Source of the DNA: Squalus acanthias
Taxonomy: Eukaryota
Direction: 5' to 3'
NCBI GenBank assembly: GCA_030390025.1
Contig: CM059433.1
Location: forward strand, 10,356,001 to 10,420,000
Length of the DNA stretch: 64,000 nucleotides
Shown: one piece after another, positions 1-12,895 of the stretch
Position numbering within the stretch: position 1 is the first letter of the stretch
Layout: each line of letters begins with the position of its first letter
Position numbers and translations under genes: made by a program
Notes under the pieces: generated by a model
Told to the model about the DNA's origin: nothing
Databases searched by the model: none
What the model saw: the letters and a program-made list of their open reading frames with translations, nothing else

Positions 1-72
1 TGAAGAAAAATAAACCAAGTTTAAGGTGAAGCTGTTGTCCTTATGTTAAAGTAGAAGAGGAACTAGATACAA

Positions 73-654
73 AACAACAACAACAACAACTTGTATTTAT
101 ATAGCGCCTTTAACGTAGTAAAACGTCCCAAGGCGCTGTACAGGAGTATTTTAAGACAAAAGATTTGACACCGAGCCACATAAGGATAAATTAGGGCAGG
201 TGACCAAAAGCTTGTTCAAAGAGGGCGGTTTTAAGGAGCGTCTTAAAGGAGGAAAGAGAGGTAGGGAGGCGGAGAGGTTTAGGCAGGGAATTCCAGAGCT
301 TAGGGCCCAGGCAACAGAAGGCACGGCCACCAAAGGTTGAGCGATTATAATCAGGGATGCTCAAGAGGGCAGAATTAGAGGAGCTCAGATATCTTGTGGA
401 GCTGGAGGAGATTACAGAGATAGGAAGAGGTGTGGCTATGGAGGGATTTGAAAACAAGGATGAGGATTTTGAAATCGAGACGCTGCTGAACTGGGAGCCA
501 ATGTAGGTCAGCGAGCACAGGGGGTGATGGGTGAGCGGGACTTGGTGCGAGTTAGGACACGGGCAGCCGAGTTTTGGATGACCTCAAGTGTACGTAGGGT
601 GGAATGTGGGAGGCCAGCCAGGAGTGCCTTGGAATAGTCAAGTCTAGAGGTAAC
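73..654 (-). mobile_element. L2-clade LINE, 5'-truncated 3' fragment
   Basis: Minus-strand ORF ...RSTFGGRAFCCLGPKLWNSLPKPLR... matches the ORF2 C-terminus of the copy at 15040-15917; (CAA)n tail at 73-91. Confidence 0.9.
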
Positions 655-924
655 AAAAAACAAAAAAAAAACAGGTAAGAGGCAAGCTTTGGACTGATAT
701 CAGGAAGCACTTTTTTTTACACAAATGGCCTTCCAGATAGATTAGAGGATGCAAACACTCTGGAACTGTTCAAGAGGGAGTCAGACGCTAAAGGCATTTT
801 TATGGAAGAATACGCTAGATGGACTGAATGATCTCCTTCATCTGTACTTATCTTTGTGATCTTAGTATAACGATAGCAAAAATATATTGTGCACATGGTG
901 CAAATTAATGTACTTTGCTACCAG

Positions 925-1540
925 ACTAGATACATGGACCGTGTACAGCAGGCATCTCAAAGCACTGGAGAGGTACCACCAACGTTGCCTCCGCAAGATC
1001 CTGCAAATCCGATAGGCGCACCAACATTAGTGTTCTCGCTCAGGCCAACATCCCCAGCATCGAAGCTTTGACCACGCTCGATCAGCTCCGATGGACGGGT
1101 CACATCGTCCGCATGCCCGATACGAGACTCCCAAAACAAGCGCTCTACTTGGAGCTCAGCACGACAAGAGAGCCCCAGGTGGGCAGAGGAAACGCTTCAA
1201 GGACATCCTCAAAGCCTCCTTGAAAAAGTGCAACATCCCCACCGACACCTGGGAATCCCTGGCCCAAGACCGCACAAAGTGGAGGAGAAGCACCCGGGAA
1301 GGCGCCGAACACCTCGAGTCTCTTCGCCGGGAGCAAGCGGAAGCCAAGCGCAAGCAGCGGAAGGAGCGCACGTCAACCCAAGCACCCCACTCACCCGCCC
1401 CTTCAACCACCGTCTGCCCCACCTGTGACAGAGACTGTAGGTCCCGCATTGGACTCATCAGTCACCTGAGAACTCATTTTTAGTGTGGAAGCAGGTCATC
1501 CTCGGTTCCGAGGGACTGCCTAAGTAGTAGTAAGTAGTAG
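925..1540 (+). mobile_element. RTE-clade LINE 3' fragment
   Basis: Frameshifted ORF end with C-terminal CPTCDRDCRSRIGLISHLRTH zinc knuckle; short 3' UTR; (TAG)-type tail; near-identical to 3377-4200. Confidence 0.85.
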
Positions 1541-2253
1541 GATTAAAGTCTTCCATCTCTGGACTCCAGTTTAAAACCCAGCCCAAGCAAGTGGATTAAA
1601 ATTCACGTGGTGCAAACAGTCATTCAGAACCCTGACGGTCTTCTGCTCATCTGACAAGCCAAACAACATTAAGCAGGAAATTGGATACCCTTCAGTTCCC
1701 CTGCACTTGCTTGGGGCAGAGGTGAGTGTAGAAACTATCGGGATCAAATTCAGTTTTTTTGGATATGCAGATTCAACTTCCTGGGTGTAAACGGGGTGAA
1801 AGATCTTTCAACACGTCAGATAATCAAAAGTTTACAGCCACATCAACAAAAGTCAGGCACAAATCAGATGTTTGAAAACATGCCCAAATAAAATTCAAAT
1901 GAAATTATAATATTTGCAGCTGTTATAATATTAGGTAATTCAGTACCAAAGAATTACTCGCACAAAAAAAATGTTGAAACCAAAGTTAAAAGCAGTTAGC
2001 AGCGAAATGGGTGTGCAGTACCAACTACACACAGGAAGTGGTGTCCTGGAGTTAAATATGTGACAATGTCATAATGCTATGACACAGTCATGCTTGAATG
2101 GTGTTTTGTTCCACACATGGCTGTCTGCACTGCAATGTGATACGAGACCATTTTGAAACGGGTGCATGTAACAAATTTCTGTGAAGTACAAACGATGGAG
2201 TCAAGGGGAAGCATCTCCAATAAGCTTCACCTGGAAGCTGTTTCCTTGCCGTA

Positions 2254-2286
<33 letters not shown>

Positions 2287-2879
2287 GGATTCAAGTACCA
2301 GCGATCACTCAGTACAGTCTCCCCATATGTGCATGCCAAGACTACGTGTCATCCCAAAGCAGAGGCTCCCAAGGCTTTTTAAAGACAGCAAGGGAGTTAC
2401 AGACCGAATTAACAGTAATTAAAGCTTACCAAAAAAGGGATGCCTTCAAAATGATATGGAAAACGACTGGAGCATATGAAGCCACCACAAGGGTCTGGCT
2501 CATACATGAGTCAAACCAAGAGGAGATGAAACTGTCTGCATGTGCCAACACTTTATGCTGTTTTGGCTGGTTTCCTTTGAACAGTTACTGCTGGTTTTTT
2601 TGTGAAATTGAGCCAGACAAACACAATTTAAATGCACAATGAATGTGCTGGTGACTGCTTCATGGCATGTGAAATCATAGATTACAGTATATTGGGCAGA
2701 TTACATTATTTACAGTGAATGCATGTTTGCACAAATAGTGTACAGCTTGATTTCTGATTAAGTATTTGTTCACTTTATATTTCCTCCACTAGATCTTCGC
2801 CACTTAATTATTCAGTTGAGATGGCAAATATGTTTGGATTATGTATTTCTCAGGCAATTCCTTTACCTCCGTAATTTAA

Positions 2880-3375
2880 TGAAAAACAACGTAGGTTTAT
2901 ATAGCAACTTTCACACAGCAGCACACCCTAACGAGCTTTACAGCGGAAGAGGTGGATATTAAGCAGGAAGTGGAAGGTAATTTAACGGATGCGACCATAA
3001 GCATATCAAAGAGGGAGTTTTTGAGGAGGATTTTGAAGCTGGAGTAAGAGGGAGCAAGGGGAAAAGCCTTTAGGGAGAGAGTTCCAGAGTATAGCATGTG
3101 ATGATTGAAGGCTTCGTGATGGTGCAGTGAAAAGAGAGGGGGATGCAGACTAGTGATGGAAGAATGACGGCCGGTGTGGTGGATCACAGGGCTGGAGAAG
3201 ATTACAGATCTAAAGGGAGAATGAGGACACGGAGGGATGTGAAGAAGAGGACAAAAATTTACCCCTGGATTTTGTACCGATAAACTCAAATTCCTAGACT
3301 TTGCTCTGGTGTGGAGTCCCACTCACTGGGAGTACAGATTGGAGAATAGGGTGCAGATGTCCCTCTGTGCCTAAT
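2880..3375 (-). mobile_element. Old, diverged L2 3' fragment
   Basis: Degenerate match to the L2 3' end (tttatatagc..., gagggagttttt gaggagg, gagttccagag). Confidence 0.6.
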
Positions 3376-3376
3376 T

Positions 3377-4200
3377 TTATGGACAACGTGGACCACTTTC
3401 CATACCTCGGGAGCCTACCATTAACAAGGGCAGACGTCGAAGACGAAGTCCAACACCGCCTTCAGTGTGCCTGTGCAGCCTTCGGTCGCCTGAGGAAGAG
3501 AGTGTTTGAAGACCAGGACCTCAAACCCGGCACCAAGCTCATGGGCTACAGAGCAGTAGTGATTCCCGCCCTCCTGTATGCTTCAGAGACATGGACCATG
3601 TACAGCAGGCACCTCAAAGCACTGGGGAGGTACCACCAACGCTGCCTCAGCAAGATCCTGCAAATCCATTGGCAGGATAGGCGCACCAACATTAGTGTTC
3701 TCGCTCAGGCCAACATCCCCAGCATCGAAGCTTTGACCATGCTCGATCAGCTCCGATGGACGGGCCACATCGTCCGCATGCCTGATACGAGACTCCCAAA
3801 ACAAGCGCTCTACTCGGAGTTCTGACACGGCAAGAGAGCCCCAGGTGGACAGAGGAAACGCTTCAAGGACACCCTCAAAGCCTCCTTGAAAAAGTGCAAC
3901 ATCCCCACCGACACCTGGGAATCCCTGGCCCAAGACCGCACAAAGTGGAGGAGAAGCATCTGGGAAGGCGTCGAACACCTCGAGTCTCTTCGGCGGGAGC
4001 AAGCGGAAGCCAAGCGCAAACAGTGGAAGGAGCGCACGTCAACCCAAGCACCCCACCCACCCGCCCCTTCAACCACCATCTGCCCCACCTGTGACAGAGA
4101 CTGTAGGTCCCGCATTGGACTCATCAGTCACCTGAGAACTCATTTTTAATGTGGAAGCAAGTCATCCTCGGTTCCGAGGGACTGCCTAAGAGAAGAGAGA
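3377..4200 (+). mobile_element. RTE-clade LINE 3' fragment (RT C-terminal region)
   Basis: VDHFPYLGS...AFGRLRKRVF...LLYASETWT...QLRWTGHIVRMPDTRLPKQALYSE, then a premature stop and the CCHH knuckle; (GA)-rich tail. Confidence 0.9.
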
Positions 4201-4534
4201 ATTTTATGGCACTCCTGATTTTCCAGCTATTGATGGAAAATTGAGAGTGCTGTGAATTGGGCATGGTGACTTCCGTGCCGACTCTCCAATCTGCACTCCT
4301 GACAGATGAGGCAGCATGGTGACAACGGCTTCTCACAATTTCAGGCCTGCAATTTCTAAATTAGACCTGCTTCTTCGTTAAAAAATATACTCGTAGATCC
4401 TGACACCGAAGTTTTGTTGCATTGCATTTTTTCTTTACCTCAGTCATTTTCTCCCCTTTTTCTCCCAAAGGTGTTTACTCTTTATTGGAATGCAGTTTCA
4501 CAGGGGCCAATTGCCCACCAGTATCTCACCTTGG

Positions 4535-4858
4535 CTGGGGAGTCTGGAACCAGGGGGTCACAGTCTCAGAATAAGGGGTCGGCCATTTAGGAATGAGATG
4601 AGGAGAAATTTCTTCACTCAGAGGGTGGTGAATCTTTGGAATTCTCTGCCCCAGAGGGCTGGGGAGGTTCAGTCATTGAATATATTCAAGACAGAGATCG
4701 ATAGATTTTTGAATATTGAGGAAATCAAGGGATATGGGGATAGTGCAGGAAAGTGGAGTTGAGGTAGAAGATCAGCCATGATCTTATTGAATGACGGAGC
4801 AGGCTCGAGGGGCCAAATGGCCGACTCCTGCTCCTATTTCTTATGTTCTTATGTTATG
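4535..4858 (+). mobile_element. CR1 LINE 3' fragment
   Basis: GHSLRIRGRPFRNEMRRNFFTQRVVNLWNSLP motif; CR1 3' UTR with (TTATGTTC)-like tail. Confidence 0.9.
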
Positions 4859-4884
4859 TTCAAATGACTCTTATTCATTTGTGG

Positions 4885-5183
4885 AAAGAGAGACTTGCAT
4901 TTATCTAGCGCCATCACAACCTTAGGAATGTCCCAAAGCGCTTTACAGCCAATGAAGTACTTTTGAAGTGGAGTCACTGTTGTAATGTAGGAAACGCAGC
5001 AGCCAATTTGCACACAGCAAGGTCCCACAAACAGCAATGTGATAAATGAGCAGACCATCAGTTTTAGTGATATTGATTGAGGGATAAATATTGGCCAGGG
5101 CACCGGGGAGAACTCCTCTGCTTTTCTTCGAAATACTGCCCACCTGAGAGGGCAGACAGGGTCTCGGTTTAACATCTCAGCCT
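4885..5183 (-). mobile_element. Deu-domain SINE, 5'-truncated
   Basis: Matches the body and tail of the full copy at 18382-18862. Confidence 0.8.
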
Positions 5184-5189
5184 CGATAG

Positions 5190-5465
5190 TAAGTGTTGTA
5201 AGGCTATTTTGATTGCAGGTCATCACAGCTGAGTCTGACCCTGTCCTCATCTTATATCCACAGACTTGCATTTCCAGCAAGGATTGCTGGATAGTGATCG
5301 GGAACCCGAACACTGACTGATTGTCTACCCTATGTCCCGAGGCACTGAGAACAATTACAGCACTATTTCCACCACCTCAGCACAGACAAAGGATCCAACC
5401 TGGGACCTTTCTGTTTGTATGGCTGAGCTACGCACTGGATAAAGTCACTGACCCATTCGGGGAGT
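5190..5465 (-). mobile_element. Old tRNA-headed SINE (second, diverged family)
   Basis: Similar diverged segments recur at about 27260-27575, 31080-31310 plus 31875-31980, 37860-38300, 38350-38570 and 51775-52070; degenerate A/B-box-like head. Confidence 0.5.
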
Positions 5466-5997
5466 TGGCAATTATTAGCTTTAATTTAGCTAATTGTTGG
5501 GTAACATTTTTTTTCCACAGGCCTACAGGATCACAATGATATTTGAAGAAAATTGTCTGAACAAAAGTCGTCAGACATGCCTATTCAGTGCAATGAAGTA
5601 ACCTTCTGCCACCCTGCTCTTTGCTGTTGGATGATTTTCTGTTTGTTTCCTCTGCCCTCCACTCTCAAAGTGTTGACCTTTTGATGGAGAATTATTCCAC
5701 CAGTGCCAGCAACCCTCTGGTACCTCGTCGATGGTGGCTATTCTTCACTTGTAAACCTGGACAGAGAGAGTTTTGGCGGATTATTCAACAGGTCCTATTT
5801 TCACCCCCCATCTTCCAGGTGCACTTTCCAGCAGGGGTCACTCGACAGTGATCGAGAGAGTGAAGCTGGCTGTTTTATTCCTCCTCCTTCCACAAGGGTG
5901 TTGGGAACTGTGTCACTCTTATTGCCACGATGCATGCTCGTTTTTTTTAAAAAAGGGCTCAGGTTTCATGAAAAGTGTTTTGCGGTTTTAACATTAC

Positions 5998-6166
5998 AGG
6001 CTACGAAATTCTGCTGGGGTCGTCCCAATCTCCTGCCGGAACTTCGGTGGGAGATCGGCGCAAACGACCATTTTCACCCCTTTACGCAGTTTCTCCGGGG
6101 ATTCTGCTGATATCCTACCAACGTTTCGGCAGGGGGATTGGAAGGACCCTTGTGGAATTTCGGGGC
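5998..6166. mobile_element. Palindromic MITE remnant
   Basis: Imperfect inverted repeat (gaaattctgc...cccaatctcctgccggaac / gtttcggcagggggattgg...gtggaatttc); related sequence near 20150-20313 and 48775-48900. Confidence 0.5.
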
Positions 6167-6829
6167 AACAACGTGAAAACTGCTTTGAAACCCATCACTC
6201 CTTCTTCTGAATATATCACGGAGAAAGTGACCTCTTACCCCCCAAACAAATAGGGCCTGCTAAATATTTTTTTTTCATTAAAGCCAGGACTGCTACTCAT
6301 ATATTGGGGGAGGGGGAGCAAAATAACTCACTTTTGCAATGTGTTTGCCCACTGGCAGTGGGAAGATGGAAAAATTTACTGCATCGTATCCTGTGCAATT
6401 GACATGTTCTGTGGCAGACAGTTTGCTCGCTGTGTGTATTGGCTGTGCTCATTGTTTGCATATTTATCTTTGCTTATTACTGCGCTAACAGCAATTTATG
6501 TTCTCCAATTAAGGTGGGTTTTATGGAAACTAGTAAAACTGTTGCATATTTAATGGATTAATAGGGCCCACCTGTGGGTTTAACTGTCTCTAATAATGTT
6601 GAATAACTGGTGCGTATTCAAAAATGAATTGGCGTGAATGCTTATTCCAGTTTAAGCAATACAAGTCATTATTTATTTTGGCTTATTCTTGGAGGATGCA
6701 TAATGAGGAATATATATATATATATACACATATATATATTTAGAGAGAGAGAGAGAAAGTTAAACCAAGCTGGTCAGCCTCCTTTAACTACACATTTAAA
6801 GGTAAATTTTATGCTTATGCCATGGTGAT

Positions 6830-7965
6830 ATCATCAGCAGACATGGGGGTCAGCATTTATATGTACACTTACAATACCCGGCTCTATCACGCCACCATCT
6901 CTCTCAATCCCTCCGCTGCCTCTGTTCTGTCAGGCTGCTTGTCCGGCGACCAGTTCTGGATGAGCCACAGTTCCCTCCAGCGAAACATTGGGAAGATCAA
7001 AGCCATCACCTTCGGCCTCTGCCACGAACTCTGTATCCTTGTCACAAACTCCACCCACCTCTCTGACATGTGTCTCAGGCCGACCCAGACTAATTGTCCT
7101 ATCTGACCCTGAGCTGAGTTTCTGAAGCTCTATCCTCTCCACCACAAAGACTGCCTACTTCCACCTCTGTAACATCACCTACCTTCCCCCCCATCCCTCC
7201 CCCCCGCCCCCGCCGCCACCCAACTACCACCCCCCCCCCCCCCGTCTTAGCCCATCTGCCACTGAAACCTTTGTCCGTGCCTTTCTCACCTTAGACTCAA
7301 TTATTCCAATAATCTCCTGACCGGTCTCGTACCCTCCATGCTTTGAAAACTTCAGGTCATCCTCTGCTGCCCTTATCCTATCCAGCACCAAGCCTTGCTC
7401 GTCCTTCGCCCCGTCCTCACTGACCTCAATTAGCTCCGGGTTCTCCAATGGTGCAAATTTAAAATTATCATACTTGTGTTTAAATCCCTCCTGGCCTCAC
7501 CCTCCTGGTCTCTGTAACCTCCTCCAGCACTACAACTCCCCCTCCCCCCCCAACCTCTCCATTCCTCTGACTCCTCTGTTTCCCTCCACCATTGGTGGTC
7601 ATGCCTTCAGCTGCCTATGTCCCACACTTTGGAAACTTCCTTGTTAAATCCATCCACCTCCCTCCTCTTTCTTTAAGACCCCCCTGAAAACCTCCCTCTT
7701 TGACGAAGATATTGACCACTCCTCCTTATATCTCCTTTAGCTCGGTGTCCATTTTTCCCCCTCATGCTTATATGAAGCATGTTTTTTTTCATTCGTTTAT
7801 GGGATGTGGGCGTCGCTGGCGAGGCCAGCATTTATTGCCCATCCCTAATTGCCCTTGAGAAGGTGGTGGTGAGCCGCCATCTTGAACCGCTGCAGTCCGT
7901 GTGGTGAAGGTACTCTGATAGGTAGGGAGTTCCAGGGTGTTGCGATGTTTTTCTATGTTAAAGGC
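6830..7965 (+). mobile_element. Old L2 3' fragment interrupted by a LINE tail at 7782-7935
   Basis: Degenerate homology along the L2 ORF2 end seen at 39170-40170. Confidence 0.75.
7782..7935 (-). mobile_element. 3' end of poly(A)-tailed CR1/L2-group LINE family
   Basis: Reverse complement of the terminal ~150 bp of 24275-24692. Confidence 0.8.
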
Positions 7966-7968
7966 ATA

Positions 7969-8856
7969 GGGGGAAAAATTCAGTATCGCCCCGTTTGGGC
8001 GCAATTATCGGCCGGGCGCAAAGATTAGCGCCTGGTGCTAATTATCGCCTCTGACTGCAAACTTGACTTTTATCACCCCTGGAGGTGATTGGAGCGCTAA
8101 ATCAGGCGCTACACATCTGTCTTAAGGCGCAAAGGCCAAGGAGCGAGGCGCTAACTCAGAGCGCTGGCGAATCTCATGTGATGTCAGTCAGCAATGGAAC
8201 ACACACACAATGGCGCCGGCCAGTTCTTAAAGGGGAGGGTTGATCTTGCTTTCCATCCACATCCTGCTCATTGCAGCCTTGAATCTCGGCCTGGAGAGAC
8301 CTGTACATCAAATCTGCTGGAAAGAACAATGGAGAGTCCCAGGGAAAGAGCTCAGATTGCAACCCCCACAGTCTCTTCTAAATCGATACAAGGAAGGGCA
8401 AATCAAAATGAACCTACAATGTGCTGCTCAGTCCCCAAAACTCCTTCACACAGTGTTAAACCTCTCCAGAAGTCTCTCTCTCTCTCAGAATGCGTGGTTC
8501 AAAAATGTCACCAACAATAAAAGGCAGGAAGCGGTCGCCTTTAAATAGCGCTCCCCCAGTCCCTTCCTGACTGCAAAACACTCCCCTCAACCTGTCGTTG
8601 CTAGCGGCAGGCGGTAAGGCAGGGGGCGCCACTCAATATCCGCTCCGGGGCGCTACCGGGGCGTTGCGCACTCGACTGACGTCACGATCTGCCGGCGCAG
8701 GATATCGTGGCGGTAGTGTTTAGCGCCGCCGCAAAATGTCTAGTTAATTTCGCGAGCGGCGCAAACATCGCCACGCTCGGGCGCGAGTTGCTTTGCGCCC
8801 CATTAGCGCCCTCTTAAGGCGCTAACGGGAGGCGCAACCAACTGAATTTTTCCCCC
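7969..8856. mobile_element. GC-rich non-autonomous DNA transposon (MITE)
   Basis: Perfect 16-bp TIR GGGGGAAAAATTCAGT / ACTGAATTTTTCCCCC with TA on both flanks; related truncated copy at 21784-22500. Confidence 0.85.
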
Positions 8857-8859
8857 TAT

Positions 8860-9440
8860 AGAACCTTGGTTAGACCACACTTAGAGTACTGTGCACAGTT
8901 CTGGTCTCCATATTACTGAAAGGGTATAGAAGCACTGGAGAAAGTGCAAGAAAGATTTTCAAGGATGATACCAGAACCAAGGGGGTACAACTATCAGGAA
9001 ATACTGAACAGGCTGGGGCTGTTTTCTCTAGAAAATAGAAAACTTGAGAGGTGACCTGATAGAGGTCTTTAATGTTATAGAAGGGTTTGATAGGGTAGAG
9101 ATAGAGAAGAGGTTCCCACTTATGGGGTAGACCAAAACTAAGGGCCATAAATTTTAGATAGTCACTAATAAATCCAACAGGGAATTCAGGAGAAACTTCT
9201 TTACCCAGAGAGTGGTGAGAATGTGAACTCGCTCCCACAGGGAGTGGTTGAGGTGAATAGCATAGATGCGTTTGAGGGGAGGCTAGATAAACACATGAGG
9301 GAGAAAGGAATAGAAGATTATGCTAATAGGGTTAGATGAAGATGGGTGGCAGGAGGCTTGTGTGGAGCATAAACATCGGCATAGACCAGTTGGGCTGAAT
9401 GGCCTGTTTCTGTGCTGTAGATTCTATGTAATTCTATGTA
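8860..9440 (+). mobile_element. CR1 LINE 3' fragment (older subfamily)
   Basis: ttggttagaccacacttagagtactgtgcacagttctggtctcc (LVRPHLEYC.QFWSP); tail attctatgtaattctatgt. Confidence 0.85.
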
Positions 9441-9790
9441 AGGCGCTATATAAATGAAAATTTTTGTTGCTTCATGCTGCTGGCACAGAGCTTCACATGA
9501 CAAGTGCATAAAACCCTGGGCCGCCGATGGCCACCGATCACCCCACCTCCTTCTCGATCGCCTTCCCTGCCCTTTAAACACTGACCTGGCGTCGCTGCTG
9601 GCAAAGCAGCAACCATTGCTTCCAAGCCTCTTCACCGGTGGGTTTCCTGGGGACACCCAGCCGGTGTCCGTAGCTCTCCGGTGTCATTTACCCGATGCCC
9701 AATACCCGTCCGGGCACGGGGACCGTTCTCTATTTCTAGGCGAGGGAGTTGACAGAATGACGAATATCCAACATGCTAGACTGACCACTT

Positions 9791-10320
9791 CAACAACAAC
9801 AACAACAACAACTTGTATTTATATAGCACCTTTAACGTAGTAAAACATCCCAAGGCGCTGCACAGGAGTGTTATCAAACAACAGTGTGACACCGAGCCGC
9901 GTAAAGAGATATTGGGACATTTGACCAAAAGCTTAGTCAAAGAGGTAGGATTTAAGGAGCGACTTAAAGGAGAGGCCAAGAGGTTTCGGGAGGGAATTCC
10001 AGAGCTTAGGGCCCAGGCAGCCGAAGGCACGGCCGCCGATTGTGGAGCGATGGAAATCGGGGATGCGCAAGAGGCCAGAATTGGAGGAGCGCAGAGATCT
10101 CAGAGGGTTGTAGGACTGGAGGAGGCTACAGAGATAGGGAGGGGGGGCAAGGCCATGGAGGGGATTTGAATACAGGGATGAGAATTTTAAAATCGAGGCG
10201 TTGACAAACCAGGAGAAGATGTAGTAGGTCAGTGAGCACAGGGGCGATGGGTAAACGGAACTTGGTGCGAGATATGATGCAGGGGGCAGCAGAGTTTTGG
10301 ATGAGCTAAAGCTTACGGAG
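9791..10320 (-). mobile_element. L2 LINE 3' fragment
   Basis: LHGLAPPPYLCSLLQSYNP...STIGGRAFGCLGPKLWNSLP; (CAA)n tail. Confidence 0.9.
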
Positions 10321-10565
10321 CCGATAAGCTCACACCAGCACATAGGTGTAATGAATATGTGTCCAATTTACAGTTGGTGCATGCATTGAGCGTTCAGTTT
10401 TTACTCAGAGTGGCATTGCAAATGTCCAGGCATGTACACAATGTACAACATGGCACATTTATGCTTGCACCTGTACAATGACATCCTTAGCTTCAAAAGA
10501 AAGCACAGCGCCCAAATGCGTGACTGGTATGACTGAGGCAGAACTGCTTAAAATGCTTTACTCAC

Positions 10566-10627
10566 ACCGACCCCAGTAAGCGACAGCAGCAATAAGACAG
10601 CACAGGGAAACCCAGTGTGAACAGAAA
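10566..10627 (-). CDS. Candidate small exon, hydrophobic peptide (unverified)
   Basis: Acceptor gctttttgcag and donor gtgagta; all three frames open, e.g. SVHTGFPCAVLLLLSLTGVG; no homology recognised. Confidence 0.2.
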
Positions 10628-10764
10628 CTGCAAAAAGCTTTCCTTGCTATGAATTGATGTTACTCCAGTTTGTTAAAAAAAAATGTTTACATTCCGGACT
10701 CCCAAGTAGTTTCGAATTTAATACCAAATTCAGCTGTAATGATCAAACGTCCAGCGTCCAGTTT

Positions 10765-11075
10765 ACTGTGGTTGAAGTAAGGACTGCTCCAAGTCAGGAA
10801 GTGTTGAATGAAATCACCTGCCTTGCGCGAGTGCTAACATTAGGTCCCCCGCCCACCCCCAAACCTCAATCCACAGGGGGTCTTCACCAGCCGTTTGCAC
10901 TAGCTTCACTTAAACTTCCTGACCTGCAGCCCCAGACAAAACCAACAGGAAGTGGGAAGAGTTTATACTTCAACACTCAATTAGAATAACAAGAGAAAAA
11001 AAACCTCGCATTCACACTTCCCTTATTGTGATTACACTTAACATTAACCAAGGTGTCAGGAACAAGTCTTATCAA
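10765..11075. promoter_or_regulatory. Putative enhancer/promoter with ETS, RUNX and GATA motif cluster
   Basis: TGTGGTT 10767; CAGGAAGT at 10795, 10914 (minus) and 10946; GC-box-like ccccgcccacccc near 10847; TGATAAG (minus) 11068; non-repeat context. Confidence 0.3.
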
Positions 11076-11174
11076 ATTTACAGGTAAATACGACCACTTT
11101 TTGTCTCTGTGTTACACGGACAGCTGGACAGGTATGATAAAAAAACAGAAAATGCTGGAAATGGTCAGCAGCTC

Positions 11175-11591
11175 ATAGAAACATAGAAAACATAGAAGAT
11201 AGGAGCAGGAGTAGGCCATTCGGCCCCTCGAGGCTGTTCCGCCATTTAATGTGATCATGGCTGATCATCCAAACTCAGTACCCTGTCCCTGCTTTCTCCC
11301 CATACCCCTTGATCCCTTTAGCCTTAAGAATTATATCTAACTCCTTCTTGAATATATTTAATGAATTGGCCTCAACTGCCTTGTGTGGTAGAGAATTCCA
11401 CAGGTTCACCACTCTCTGGGTGAATAAATTCCTCCTCATCTCAGTCCTAAATGGCTTACCCCTTATCCTTAGACTGTGACCCCTGGTTCTGGACTCCCCC
11501 GCCATCAGGAACATCCTTCCTGCATCTAGTCTGTTTAGTCTTGTTAGAATTTTATAAGTTTCAATGAGATCCCCTCTCATTCTTCTAAACT
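11175..11591 (-). mobile_element. CR1 LINE 3' fragment inserted in a Penelope pLTR remnant
   Basis: EFRRMRGDLIETYKIL...RTRGHSLRIRG; (CATAGAAA) tail; flanks aaacagaaaatgctggaaa...cagcag | tcaggcagcacctgt are a split copy of the 45003-45070 type sequence. Confidence 0.9.
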
Positions 11592-12112
11592 CAGGCAGCA
11601 CCTGTCGAGATAGAAACAAAGTTGATCTGGTAGGTACAAGTTAATTTTGCTCTTTCACTAAAAACAGTTGGGGCTGTGGGAAGTACCAACAGTGTCCCAC
11701 AAAGTCTTGTGGGACAAAAGTTCACAGCAATGATACCCCACACGGAATTTCTGATGTTGGCTATGGTGTCAGTAGAAGGTGTTGAGCAGGGAAACAGAGG
11801 CAGACAGAAGGAGAGACAAGACAGAAATGTGTGGAAGTCACCCAGAGCCACAGTCACCCACTACTGAGCAGCATTGTTGCGCATGGACTGCGGGCTGATG
11901 TTTTCTATATGTTGCAGCTGCAGGTGTGTTTATTTAGCGTCTGGTTCCCCCCAAAAAAGTCATATACAATAAATAAGCTGCTAAAATACAGCTTTTAAAA
12001 CAATCAAAAAAACTGGCTAACGTCAGGAATTCAGTGTGGGGTATCATTGATGTGATTCTTTTTCTCAAAGGAATTTCCTGGGCCAAGACCAACTGTTGTC
12101 TCGTGTATGAAA

Positions 12113-12895
12113 GGCCCGGGATTTGCGGTCAGCGGCGAAGCAAAGGCGTTCGCCGCTGGCCCCGAAGAAAGCTGCCCACAGAAATCTCACGATCTCTGTG
12201 GCGAGAAGTTTGCCTTCTTCGCCGTGTAAGTGATTGCATTTGTAGTATAACGGGGAATCCCCAGCGCCATCTGCTGTGACGTCAACAAGCTGTCTAAGCA
12301 GCCAATCACATTGCAGAATTCTCGCCGACAGGGAAGCAGAAAATGAGGACCTGCTTTTATCCCGACTTTTAAAAAAAGGTTACAGAGAGCAAAGCAAAGA
12401 TTGGGGCTCTCACATGGGGATAAGGTAGAACCTGAAATAATCATGAACAAACTTTTAAAAAACATTAAAAAAAATTTAAGTTTCGTAAAAATTGTAATTT
12501 TTATCATTATGGAGAAATTTGACACTCCACAAAATTAAAATGAGTTTTTCAGGGCCATGATGTTTGTTTAGCAGTCAATACGCTGTTAAACCCCAGTTAC
12601 ACCTATTTCAACAAGGCCTATCATTTAATGGGGTATTTAACAGCGATATTACCGCGGGAAAGCCCAAGTTTTCGGCGGTTTCACTGATTACACAGATTGC
12701 CAGCTGTAGGGGGTGGTGGGGGGGCGGATGGGGGTCCACAGCGCAGCCAGTGTCGGAGCAGTGAACGACTGACTGCAATGTCAGGATTACCATGTGTAGC
12801 ATGCGCTACATCCTGAAGTTGCGGTCAGTTTCAAAGGGTGGAATAACGGCGAACGCTGTTAGTTTGCCGCTGTTACCCACTGCAAAATCCGACCC
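12113..12895. mobile_element. PIF/Harbinger-type MITE
   Basis: Imperfect TIR GGCCCGGGATTTGCGGT versus reverse complement of the right end GGGTCGGATTTTGCAGT; subterminal hairpins; AT-rich core. Confidence 0.7.
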
